DNA of 64,000 nucleotides from positions 413,070 to 477,069 of the forward strand of contig CAVRYU010000009.1 in the NCBI GenBank assembly GCA_963725585.1, given 5' to 3'. The position numbers were made by a program, and so were the translations under genes. Below are positions 49,310 to 58,681 of the stretch, in pieces. The notes beneath the pieces are model-generated. The model did no database searches, was not told where the DNA came from, and saw only the letters and a program-made list of their open reading frames with translations. Numbering within the stretch: position 1 is the first letter of the stretch; every line of letters begins with the position of its first letter. This stretch comes from an uncultured Bacteroidales bacterium. Its GTDB lineage: Bacteria > Bacteroidota > Bacteroidia > Bacteroidales > VadinHA17.

Positions 49310-50788
49310 ATGGCAAACAAAGTATCAAGGTTGAATTTTCTAAAAACCGCAGGATTGGCAGCTTCGGGTGCTATGCTCGGAAGGAGTGCTTATGGAAAAG
49401 TTGCAGGACCGGAAATAATTCCGAATAGTAAAGTAAGTCCTGCAAGAAAGGTGAACCTGGCATTAATCGGAATTGCGAATCAGGGAGCCGGCGATGCCAG
49501 GCAATTTATAAATTCGGGTCTGGCAAATATAGTTGCTGTTTGTGATGTGGATCTGGATTCTCAGGGTTGTCAGGAAATAATTAAACTGGTCCCGAAAGCC
49601 AAACAATTCAGGGATTTCAGGGTGATGTTCGACAAGATGGCCGGAGATATTGATGCCGTACAGGTGGCTATTCCCGATTTTGCTCACTTCCCGGTATGTA
49701 TGGCCGCGATGCAGCTGGGGAAAAGCGTTTATGTCGAAAAACCTATGTGCCGGACTTTCCTGGAAGCGGAACTTATGGCACAGATGGCTGCAAAGAATCC
49801 AAAACTGGTTACCCAGGTTGGAAACCAGGGACATTCGGGTGAGAATTATTTCCAGTTCAAAGCATGGAAAGAAGCAGGTATTATAAAGGATGTTACAGCT
49901 GTTACTGCATTCATGAATGGTAACCGGCGGTGGCATCCGTATGATCCGAATATTACAAAATTCCCTGAAGCACAACCGCTTCCGAAAGGGATGACAGATA
50001 AAGACTGGGATACATGGCTTACAACAGCTGCATTTCACGACTTTAATGAAAAATATCACCCTGGCAACTGGCGCGGCTGGTATGATTTTGGTCTTGGAGC
50101 CCTTGGTGACTGGGGTGCTCACATCCTTGACACTATTCATGAATTTCTCGATCTCGGGTTACCATATGAGATCGAAGCTGTTCATGTCAAAAACCTTAAT
50201 GATTATTTCTTCCCTCTTGAAACTACGCTTCTGTTCCGTTTCCCAAGTCGCGGGGATATGCCTCCGGTTGATATCACCTGGTATGACGGGGTACAGAACT
50301 TGCCTCCGGTACCTGATGGATACTTTTCAGTTCAGGCCGCCACCGACAACACAATACCTCCTCCCGGCGGTGTAACCCAGAAGCCTTCTGCACCTCAGGG
50401 TAAACAGCAGAAAATACCTCAGGCAGGTAAGATCATTTTTAGCAAAGAGTTGATGTTTAAGGGGGGAACACATTCTGCCCCTCTCTCGATCATTCCCGAG
50501 GCAAAAGCAAAGGAGATGGCTTCAAAATTACCGGTCGTGCCCAAAAGCCCCTCGGATCACTATATAAACTTCCTGAAAGCGTGCATGGGAGAGGAGAAGA
50601 CCCGTTCGCCGTTCCAGACGTTTGCACCTCTTGCCCAGATATTCTCTTTAGGGATTATTGCGATGCGTCGTAACAGAAAACTAATCTTCAACCGTGATAC
50701 AAAGGAAATAACAAACGATAAGTTCGCAAATTCACTTCTGACCGACAGGCCTCCGAGAAAAGGCTGGGAAAGCTATTACAGTATATAA
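49310..50788 (+). CDS. Gfo/Idh/MocA-family oxidoreductase with TAT-like signal
   Basis: 492 aa. The signal is SRLNFLKTAGLAASGAML. The Rossmann region is VNLALIGIANQGAGD..VCDVD and the EKP motif is YVEKP. Confidence 0.75.
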   Translation: MANKVSRLNFLKTAGLAASGAMLGRSAYGKVAGPEIIPNSKVSPARKVNLALIGIANQGAGDARQFINSGLANIVAVCDVDLDSQGCQEIIKLVPKAKQFRDFRVMFDKMAGDIDAVQVAIPDFAHFPVCMAAMQLGKSVYVEKPMCRTFLEAELMAQMAAKNPKLVTQVGNQGHSGENYFQFKAWKEAGIIKDVTAVTAFMNGNRRWHPYDPNITKFPEAQPLPKGMTDKDWDTWLTTAAFHDFNEKYHPGNWRGWYDFGLGALGDWGAHILDTIHEFLDLGLPYEIEAVHVKNLNDYFFPLETTLLFRFPSRGDMPPVDITWYDGVQNLPPVPDGYFSVQAATDNTIPPPGGVTQKPSAPQGKQQKIPQAGKIIFSKELMFKGGTHSAPLSIIPEAKAKEMASKLPVVPKSPSDHYINFLKACMGEEKTRSPFQTFAPLAQIFSLGIIAMRRNRKLIFNRDTKEITNDKFANSLLTDRPPRKGWESYYSI

Positions 50789-50873
50789 AATTAAGGTTGC
50801 CGGGTACTGGGTGCTGGGTGCTTTGCCCTGCACCCTTTGCTCTGAGCTCTGAGCTCTGAGTTCTGAACCTTTA
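50789..50873. repeat. Simple-sequence element between convergent genes
   Basis: ctgggtgctgggtgc is a tandem. gggtgctttgccctgcaccc forms a hairpin. ctgagct is repeated about 3.5 times in tandem. Confidence 0.7.
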
Positions 50874-51488
50874 TCAGGCGCCTCTGAGTTTTTTCAGCTC
50901 ATTGAAGTGGGTCATCGACATTTTCTCCCTGGCTTCCCTTGAGGCTTTTCGGTAGGCTTCAAATTCTTTTTTCAGTTCTTCGCACTCTTTCCTTGTATGG
51001 ACCGTAACATTGTGATTTCTCTGATATGCCATAAATCCGGCTGTAAGAAGTCCTGCAAGAACGACAATTATTGTCCATAGAAATGCATTATAGGCCTTTT
51101 TGTTTATATCTATACCCATCAGCGAGATGCTGTTCTTGGTTTTTGTCATTTGTTCAAGATCCGCCCTTATTGTTCCAACGGAGGCATTCAATGAATCTAT
51201 TGTAAGATTAAGGCTTCTAGTGTCATTCTTTAAACCTTTTATCTCCGATTTTGCTGCTTTGAGCGAATCAAGAGAGTTACCTTTCATCTTCTGAAACATA
51301 TCCTCTCTGATAGCCCTGAAATCTTCATAGATCCTGGTTTTCTCCTGAACAAAATCCATCTGCTGCTTCAGCGTTCCGTTCTGCAGCATATCTGGCAGAG
51401 CTGTCTGAGCATACCCGGCGAAAGGAAACATTGTCATCAGCCCAAATGCAAATATTATTCTGATACCGGCAAAATTCATCTTCCCCAT
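50874..51488 (-). CDS. Hypothetical membrane-anchored coiled-coil protein
   Basis: 204 aa with a signal peptide, a coiled-coil-like region and one TM helix (FLWTIIVVLAGLLTAGFMAY). No family was recognised. Confidence 0.5.
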   Translation of the reverse strand: MGKMNFAGIRIIFAFGLMTMFPFAGYAQTALPDMLQNGTLKQQMDFVQEKTRIYEDFRAIREDMFQKMKGNSLDSLKAAKSEIKGLKNDTRSLNLTIDSLNASVGTIRADLEQMTKTKNSISLMGIDINKKAYNAFLWTIIVVLAGLLTAGFMAYQRNHNVTVHTRKECEELKKEFEAYRKASREAREKMSMTHFNELKKLRGA

Positions 51489-51743
51489 TACTAGTCAGAT
51501 TTAAGTTCTATAACTCCCGTGTTCTAATAAACGCCGGTAACAGGAAATTATTATGAAAAGCTTTGTTAGGATAATTAAAAGAAAATAGTAAATTTACTGT
51601 ACTACTAACTGACTACTTATTAACCTAATTGAATCTGCCTATGTAAAATTCCTGCTATTGCATGTGGGATAAAAGATCCCAAAATGCCCAACTTACAACA
51701 TCATATTCTAAATTATCTTATTTCCTAACTAATCAACTTTATT

Positions 51744-54700
51744 ATGAAAGAAAATCCTAATCATGGGGTGCCGTATTTCCGGTACCTTAAAAAGCTTATT
51801 TTGGATCTTAGAGTTCTGATCCTGGTATTGCTGCTTGGGGCTTCAAATACCCTTTCAGGCTTTGAGCTTCAGCAGATAACTGTATCAGGAACAGTAACCG
51901 ATGCTACAACAGGCGACCCTATGCCTGGAGTGAATGTTATCATTAAAGGTAGTGTTACTGGGGCGCTTACGGGCCCTGACGGAAAATATTCACTGCCCGT
52001 CACCGATCGGAATGCTGTTTTGTTATTCTCATTTATTGGTTATAATACATTAGAGCAGCCTTTGTCGGGCCGGACAACGGTTAATGTAGCCCTTGAAGCT
52101 TCGACGACGGCACTTCAGGAGGTAATTGTTACCGGGTATGGTACTCAGAAGAAAAGTGACCTTACCGGTTCAGTTGTCAGAGTAACAATGGATGAAAAAG
52201 CAACTCTTGCAAACATGAACCTATCCCAGGCTATTTCGGGAACTACTCCTGGAGTGAATGTTCAGGGATCAGGTTTGGCCGGTAGCGATCCGTCCCTTTC
52301 AATCAGGGGACAGACCTCATTGTCTGCGAACGATGCGCCTCTGGTGGTTCTTGATGGTATAATCTATAATGGATCTATATCAAATATCAATATCAGCGAT
52401 ATTGAGTCAGTAGATATACTTAAGGATGCCAGTGCTGCTGCTGTTTATGGATCAAGATCGGCGAACGGAGTAATGCTTATCACCACCAAAAAAGGAAAAA
52501 CTGAAAAACCTGTTATATCATTTAATATGTATTATGGTTATCAGGATATGACCAATAATCCGATGAGGGTCATGAATGCCGAAGAATATGCTGTAAGGCT
52601 AACTGATTATTATTATCAGCAGAATCTGTATACATGGTATAAAACAAAACCTACAAGTGCTACAGGAAAACCCGTCAGACCCGATATCACTAACAAAGAA
52701 ATTGTAGCTGCCCGTCTCAGAACACAGGAAGAGAGAGATAATTACATAGCCGGCAATGAGATTAACTGGGTGGATGAAGTTCTACGGATTGCCCCAATAC
52801 AGAATTATAATTTAAGCATGTCAGGGAAAAGCGACAGGTCAAACTACTATGTTTCTGCTTCATATACTAATGAGCAGGGTATTCAGCTGAATGATGAATT
52901 CAAAAGGATCACCCTACATTCCAATGTTGAGAGCAAAGTTACAGACTGGCTCACTGTCGGACTGAATTCTTCATATTCATTCCGTGATTATTCGGGCCTT
53001 GAAGCCAGCCTTGGCGATGCAAGAGCCTGCAGCCCTCTGGCCAACAATCTGATTGGCTCCCCAAATTATAAAATGTATCTTACAGGGGAGGCATATATGC
53101 CCTATCCTCTTAATAATCTGTATGTTGATCATAAAGATAACCGAAATGATCTGTTACTGGTAGGAAATGCAAGAATAACAGTTCCATGGATAAAAGGATT
53201 AACGTATGATTTTAACTATTCCAACAATTTATACTCCAGGAAATACAACAGATTTTATCCTGTTACTGTCCCGGATGGTTCCGGTAACAAAGGTCAGGCA
53301 ATTAAGAATCCATCGGAAGAAAGAAACTGGATATATAACAATATTCTAACATATCTAAGGACATTTGGCAACCATCAGGTTAATGCAACCTTGCTTTATA
53401 GTCAGGAAGGCCGAAATGCGGAAAGTTCAACCCTCAATGCCCAGGGATTTGACAATCCTGTTCTCGGGTATAATAATATGGGTCTTGGAACTACTGTAAC
53501 TGTGGGTTCATCGGCATGGAAAGAAAACAGTATTTCCTACATGGCACGCGTTAACTATTCATTTATGAACCGCTATTTGCTGACAGCAACAATCCGCCGT
53601 GACGGCTTCTCGGGGTTTGGACCGGAAAAGAAATTTGCCAATTTCCCTTCAGTGTCACTTGGATGGGTAATCTCTGATGAGTCATTCATGGAGAGTCTTC
53701 CAGGGCTCTATCTGAAGCTGAGAACATCCTATGGAGAAAACGGAAACCAGGGGATCGGACGTTATTCAAGTTTTTCAAGAATGACAGCTGATTCCTATGT
53801 CTTTGGACCGACAACAGCAATTGCTGTTTACCCGAGTTCTCTTGGGAATGCCAGTCTTGCCTGGGAAAAAACGGCTTCACTCAACGTCGGAGTCGATTTT
53901 GGCTTCTTTGACCGGAGAATTTCGGGTTCTCTGGATTTATATAAAGCTAAAACTACTGATGTACTTGTCAGCAGAGCCCTTCCTCCGACAACCGGATATC
54001 CGAGTGTCTGGACAAACATCGGGGCGATTGACAATAAAGGTATTGAACTTGAGCTGAATAGCATAAACCTTACCGGCAAGCTTGGCTGGGAAACCAATTT
54101 TGTGTTTTCGCTCAACCGCGATAAGATCTCGAAACTCTATGGTGACGAAAATGATAAAGATGTGGGTAACTCATGGTTTGTCGGAGAACCAATCAGCGCT
54201 ATTTATGATTTTGAGATGATGGGAGGCCTCTGGACCGAAGCCGAACTTTATGCCGGACAAACATACCTTGCCTGGTATCCCGGTCAGTACAAATATGTCG
54301 ATCAGAACGGAGATGGTGTCATTGAACCAAATCTTGACAGAAAAGTTATAGGATACCGTACCCCAAGCTACAGATTCAGCATAAACAACACTCTTACGTT
54401 CCGGAATTTTACTTTCTCCTTCTTTATTAACTCAATCCAGGGAGGTAAAAAGTATTATATGGAGAATAATGCTTCTGTTGTTAATGTCGATTTCCGGTCA
54501 GATAACGTATTAAGGATAAACGCTTCGGCAGTACGTCCTTATTGGACTCCCGACAATGGTGTAAATAATGCAACAGGTGTGTACAACTCGCCTGCGCAAC
54601 CGAGCGGGATTTATGAAAGCAGAAGTTTTGTAAGACTCCAGGATGTTTCACTGTCATACCGGCTTGGTCCCCAGGTGCTCGACAAATTAAATCTGAATGC

Positions 54701-54830
54701 ATGTCAGATCTTTATTTCCAGTAAAAATCCCTATGTATGGACAGCCTGGTCAGGCTGGGATCCTGAGACAGGAACCAGTAATTCACCGCTGATGAGAAAT
54801 GTAACCGCAGGTTTCAGGGTTACATTCTAG
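51744..54830 (+). CDS. SusC-family TonB-dependent outer-membrane receptor
   Basis: 1028 aa. It has a carboxypeptidase-regulatory-like N-terminal domain (VSGTVTDATTGDPMPGVNVIIKG), a plug (ILKDASAAAVYGSRSANGVMLITTKKG) and the barrel end NVTAGFRVTF. Confidence 0.9.
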   Translation: MKENPNHGVPYFRYLKKLILDLRVLILVLLLGASNTLSGFELQQITVSGTVTDATTGDPMPGVNVIIKGSVTGALTGPDGKYSLPVTDRNAVLLFSFIGYNTLEQPLSGRTTVNVALEASTTALQEVIVTGYGTQKKSDLTGSVVRVTMDEKATLANMNLSQAISGTTPGVNVQGSGLAGSDPSLSIRGQTSLSANDAPLVVLDGIIYNGSISNINISDIESVDILKDASAAAVYGSRSANGVMLITTKKGKTEKPVISFNMYYGYQDMTNNPMRVMNAEEYAVRLTDYYYQQNLYTWYKTKPTSATGKPVRPDITNKEIVAARLRTQEERDNYIAGNEINWVDEVLRIAPIQNYNLSMSGKSDRSNYYVSASYTNEQGIQLNDEFKRITLHSNVESKVTDWLTVGLNSSYSFRDYSGLEASLGDARACSPLANNLIGSPNYKMYLTGEAYMPYPLNNLYVDHKDNRNDLLLVGNARITVPWIKGLTYDFNYSNNLYSRKYNRFYPVTVPDGSGNKGQAIKNPSEERNWIYNNILTYLRTFGNHQVNATLLYSQEGRNAESSTLNAQGFDNPVLGYNNMGLGTTVTVGSSAWKENSISYMARVNYSFMNRYLLTATIRRDGFSGFGPEKKFANFPSVSLGWVISDESFMESLPGLYLKLRTSYGENGNQGIGRYSSFSRMTADSYVFGPTTAIAVYPSSLGNASLAWEKTASLNVGVDFGFFDRRISGSLDLYKAKTTDVLVSRALPPTTGYPSVWTNIGAIDNKGIELELNSINLTGKLGWETNFVFSLNRDKISKLYGDENDKDVGNSWFVGEPISAIYDFEMMGGLWTEAELYAGQTYLAWYPGQYKYVDQNGDGVIEPNLDRKVIGYRTPSYRFSINNTLTFRNFTFSFFINSIQGGKKYYMENNASVVNVDFRSDNVLRINASAVRPYWTPDNGVNNATGVYNSPAQPSGIYESRSFVRLQDVSLSYRLGPQVLDKLNLNACQIFISSKNPYVWTAWSGWDPETGTSNSPLMRNVTAGFRVTF

Positions 54831-54861
54831 ATTATTTATAATGATATACAGATGTAAAATT

Positions 54862-56625
54862 ATGAAACCGAAAAAATATAAGATGATGAAAAAATACTTA
54901 AATCTGATTAATAAGAAGTTCTTGTTATACGCAGGAATTCTGCTGTTGGTCTTCCCTTCCTGCAGTGAAGATGTACTAAATGAAACCCCTCTTGATTTTC
55001 TTGCTCCCGAGAATGCCTATATGACTCTCCCGGGAATAAAGCAGGGAATAACAGGACTGCATTTTTCAGTGCGCCAGAGGTGGTACTATGGAACCAACCA
55101 GCCTGTCTGTGCTGTAATGAGAGGTCTTGGTACTGATATAGCTTATCATGGTGAAGATCCGAATAGTAACATGTTTTTATGCAATTATGTAACTAATATT
55201 ACTTCATCAAATACAGATTACTGGAATATCTGGACATGGAATTACGAACTTATTCAACGAGCGAATGTCCTTATTGAGGGTATAAATAATGCTGATATCA
55301 CTATCTGGACGAATGAAGCCCAGAAAAATGCATATCTTGCTGAAGCGATGTTCTTCAGGGCTTATGCATACCGGACTCTGGTTTCGTTTTATGGCGATGT
55401 TCCTTTGGTAACTGAAGTAATCAAGGGTGCAAAAACTGACTTTGTGAGAACACCAAAAGCTCAGGTCTACAAGCAAATGGAAGACGATCTTATTTTCGGA
55501 ACTACCAACTTGCCTGAACCAGGTAAGGAAGAAGCTCCGGGAAGGATCACACAGGGAGCTGCCTGGCATATGCTAAGCGAGTGCTATCTTGCCCAGGGCA
55601 AAAACCAGCCCGCTGTTGATGCAGCAACGAAAGTTATAACCGGATATACATATGCACTTATGACCACGCGGTTTGGTGACAGGCAGAATGTTGTTTTCGG
55701 AGCCGGAGATCCCTATTATGATCTTTTTGCATATGGGAATCAGACCCTGGGGATTAATAAAGAAGCCATATGGGTAATACAGGTGGAGCCGCCACCAACT
55801 ACCGGAGGAGGATCAGTGGAAGGTAACAGGGCATTTGGACCTGCTTATTTCAGAATAGGAAACACTCCTGATGGAAAAGTAGCGTTCAGAGGTCAATTAT
55901 ACAATGGTTCATACACTGGGTATTCTGATACCCTGGGACGTCCTGTTTCCTGGATACATCCAACAAATTATTCGGCCTATGATATCTGGAGAAGTGACTG
56001 GAACAACGATATCAGAAATGCCAAATATAATATCAAAAGGAATTTTTATTACGACAATCCGGCTTCAACATTTAATAAGAAAAAAATCAATCTTAAAGTT
56101 GACTATGCTGCTCAATATGCTGCCGGAACAAGAGATGCAATGAGGGATTCCACACAATATATATATCCCTACTGGATGAAGTTTGCAGATCCGTGTCACT
56201 ATTTCACCGATCCGGCCAGATCGGGCGGAGGGAACGATCATAAGGACCGTTATTCAATACGCCTTGCTGAAACAATTCTACTGCGAGCTGAAGCATATAT
56301 CAACTTAGGGTCGAAGGATCTGGCTGCTGCTGATATCAATATGATAAGGAATCGTGCAAACGCTACACCGGTCGCTCCTGCAGATGTTACAATAGATTAT
56401 TTGCTTGATGAACGTGCCAGGGAACTTTACGGTGAAGAGAATAGATTTATTACCTTACGCAGGGTGGGAAAACTTGTCGAAAGAGTCCGGGCATTAAACA
56501 ATAACCCTAAAAACCCTGGCTTAAATATTCAGGATTATCATGTTTTATTTCCAATACCTCAAAATCAGATCGATCTGAATATTAATGCTCCTTTCCCTCA
56601 GAATCCGGGATATCCGTCGAATTAG
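54862..56625 (+). CDS. SusD/RagB-family lipoprotein
   Basis: It has a lipobox (LLLVFPSC) and SusD motifs (FFRAYAYRTLVSFYGDVPL, RLAETILLRAEAYI, ERARELYGEENRF). The start is ambiguous (in-frame ATGs at 54841, 54862, 54883 and 54886). Confidence 0.85.
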   Translation: MKPKKYKMMKKYLNLINKKFLLYAGILLLVFPSCSEDVLNETPLDFLAPENAYMTLPGIKQGITGLHFSVRQRWYYGTNQPVCAVMRGLGTDIAYHGEDPNSNMFLCNYVTNITSSNTDYWNIWTWNYELIQRANVLIEGINNADITIWTNEAQKNAYLAEAMFFRAYAYRTLVSFYGDVPLVTEVIKGAKTDFVRTPKAQVYKQMEDDLIFGTTNLPEPGKEEAPGRITQGAAWHMLSECYLAQGKNQPAVDAATKVITGYTYALMTTRFGDRQNVVFGAGDPYYDLFAYGNQTLGINKEAIWVIQVEPPPTTGGGSVEGNRAFGPAYFRIGNTPDGKVAFRGQLYNGSYTGYSDTLGRPVSWIHPTNYSAYDIWRSDWNNDIRNAKYNIKRNFYYDNPASTFNKKKINLKVDYAAQYAAGTRDAMRDSTQYIYPYWMKFADPCHYFTDPARSGGGNDHKDRYSIRLAETILLRAEAYINLGSKDLAAADINMIRNRANATPVAPADVTIDYLLDERARELYGEENRFITLRRVGKLVERVRALNNNPKNPGLNIQDYHVLFPIPQNQIDLNINAPFPQNPGYPSN

Positions 56626-56664
56626 AACCAGGTCAGAAGAAATTTGAAATTGAATTTATTATTG

Positions 56665-56699
56665 AAAATCAGCGGGTGAAAAGAATACCCGCTGATTTT
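56665..56699. terminator. Bidirectional intrinsic terminator between convergent genes
   Basis: AAAATCAGCGGGTgaaaagaatACCCGCTGATTTT is a 13-bp perfect stem with A/T runs on both sides. Confidence 0.8.
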
Positions 56700-57840
56700 A
56701 TTTTAACTCTTCGCACATCGCCATAATGTTCTCCGGCGGTACCTCAGACTGGATATTATGAACTGCAGCAAACACAAATCCGCCACCCGGTGCCAGAGCA
56801 TCGATATTCTTTCTTACATCGTCAATAACTTCCTTTACTGTTCCTGCTGAAAGTATTTTTTGGGTATCGACACCCCCGCCCCAGAATACTATGTCCCTTC
56901 CAAAATCCTTCTTTAACTTATACGGTTCCATACCCGCAGCGTTAATATGTACCGGATTTATTATATCTATCCCCATATCAATGAAATCAGGTATCATGGG
57001 ACGAACATTTCCGCAGGAATGGAACATTACTTTGGCTCCGGGAGCTGATTTTTTAATTGCCGTTATTATCCTTACAATATGTGGTTTATAATATTCCCTG
57101 AAGTGATCAGGACTAACCAGCTGGGATTCCTGAGTACCATAATCATCAGCTTCAGCTATGACATCAACGACATCAGAAAGTTCTTCCAGCGCCATCTTCC
57201 AGAACTCAATTTTCAGGTCAGCCAGCTTTCCTATAAGACGATCCGAAAACTCAGGGTATATAAAGGCATCAACAAGGGCGTTGCTCATACCCCTGAACCT
57301 CTGCTGCATTTCAAAAATCCCGGCACAAAGTCCTTTTATCATTACAAGTTTTCCCTGTTCCCTGAATCTGAGAGCCTTTTCTCTTAATCCTTTTATTCTT
57401 TCTTTTTCTGACGGATCAGGCCAGGGATATGATTCAATTTCACACATCCCGGGGGTGATGTATTCCATCGGATGTTTTACAAGTGAAAACCAATACCCGT
57501 TCTTTTTAGGAAAATTGTGAGTAAAACCCCATTCATCATTGTATTCCCAGTGGTCCCCCGAATCGGAAAGCTTGCTGTAAACCTCCCGGTTATGGCTGGT
57601 CAACGGAAATAATCCACGTGTATCAACTTTAAGAGTCTCCAGTACCTCTTCTGAGGGTATAACAATTTGTTGAATTACATCCGACCATTCAGGATCTTCT
57701 TGTTGTTTGCCCAGAAAGACCCTCAGATTCTGATATGCTCCGTTTGTGATCCCGGTCCATGTTGAGCCAGCCAGATCGAATGGCACTTTATCGGGCTCCT
57801 GGTGATTAAGTGCTGTAAGTATCCTTTCTCTGCTGTTCAT
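56698..57840 (-). CDS. Uroporphyrinogen-decarboxylase (URO-D) family protein, MtaA/CmuA-like, no signal peptide
   Basis: 380 aa. It has a URO-D-like N-terminus (MNSRERILTALNHQEPDKVPFDL) and a TIM-barrel-like remainder. It overlaps the upstream TIM-barrel gene by 4 nt. Confidence 0.6.
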   Translation of the reverse strand: MNSRERILTALNHQEPDKVPFDLAGSTWTGITNGAYQNLRVFLGKQQEDPEWSDVIQQIVIPSEEVLETLKVDTRGLFPLTSHNREVYSKLSDSGDHWEYNDEWGFTHNFPKKNGYWFSLVKHPMEYITPGMCEIESYPWPDPSEKERIKGLREKALRFREQGKLVMIKGLCAGIFEMQQRFRGMSNALVDAFIYPEFSDRLIGKLADLKIEFWKMALEELSDVVDVIAEADDYGTQESQLVSPDHFREYYKPHIVRIITAIKKSAPGAKVMFHSCGNVRPMIPDFIDMGIDIINPVHINAAGMEPYKLKKDFGRDIVFWGGGVDTQKILSAGTVKEVIDDVRKNIDALAPGGGFVFAAVHNIQSEVPPENIMAMCEELK

Positions 57841-58676
57841 TTGAGGCCTGCAAGAACACCTCTGAAGTATCCGATCGATTCTGCGATACCTGGCAAAGGA
57901 TCACTCATATCCTTTCCGTACTCCAGACTGCAGGTACCGGCATATTTATATTTGCGCAGGGTTTTAAAGAACTTAGGGAAATCGATAATCCCTCTTCCTG
58001 CTTCTACGCACCAGCCTGCTTTCTCAGGCTTATCACAATCCCAGATATGGAAATCAAAGATCCGATCTTTATATTTCAGGTAAGCCTGAATAGGATCGAG
58101 ACCAAGACGGGTTTCATGGGCAATATCGAAACAGAAGCCAATTCTGTTATCAAGGCTATTTATCTCTTTCCAGACATCGGCAGCACTTGAATAGAGAGGA
58201 AGATCAGGTCCGTGATTATGAATTGCCAGACGGAAATCATATTCCCTGACTTTTTTCTCAACATATGGAAGTAACTGAATATCAGGCACGCCGACAACAA
58301 GGTTTACACCAACAAGTTTTGCATAAACAAAAGCCTGATCCACTGCTGCTTCTGATTTCATATATATAGGTCCGACCCCATAGGGTTCAACACCGAATGA
58401 TTTCATTTTTGCAAGTGTCTGATCAATGACCTCCTTAGTGCTGTTAAGAGGCAGATGGAAATCTTTGACTCCAAGCAGATTCACACCGACTCTCTTCATC
58501 ATTGCCAGAGAATCATCAAGATTTATTTTTGCAAAGGTATAACCGGCAATTGCAAGCCTGAAAAGATCCTTTACGGCAGGAGGATTTACAACTGCGGTAC
58601 CGGATACTATCGGCATTCCTGCAGCAACCGCACCTGCTCCAGCCGTTTTGATAAAGTTACGTCTTGTGAATTTCAT
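57837..58676 (-). CDS. Xylose-isomerase-like TIM-barrel protein with TAT signal
   Basis: 279 aa with a TRRNFIKTAGAGAVAAG signal and family segments (LAIHNHGPD, FCFDIAHE, FHIWD). Confidence 0.75.
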   Translation of the reverse strand: MKFTRRNFIKTAGAGAVAAGMPIVSGTAVVNPPAVKDLFRLAIAGYTFAKINLDDSLAMMKRVGVNLLGVKDFHLPLNSTKEVIDQTLAKMKSFGVEPYGVGPIYMKSEAAVDQAFVYAKLVGVNLVVGVPDIQLLPYVEKKVREYDFRLAIHNHGPDLPLYSSAADVWKEINSLDNRIGFCFDIAHETRLGLDPIQAYLKYKDRIFDFHIWDCDKPEKAGWCVEAGRGIIDFPKFFKTLRKYKYAGTCSLEYGKDMSDPLPGIAESIGYFRGVLAGLK

Positions 58677-58681
58677 GCTTT

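Noticed and set aside
49463-50140. 225-aa minus-strand ORF
   Set aside because: It is entirely antisense to a well-supported Gfo/Idh/MocA gene and has an odd composition. It is a spurious shadow ORF. The same judgement applies to 30447-31133, 16536-16937, 44727-45245, 22806-23210, 19610-20023, 42652-43038 and the other antisense entries in the track.
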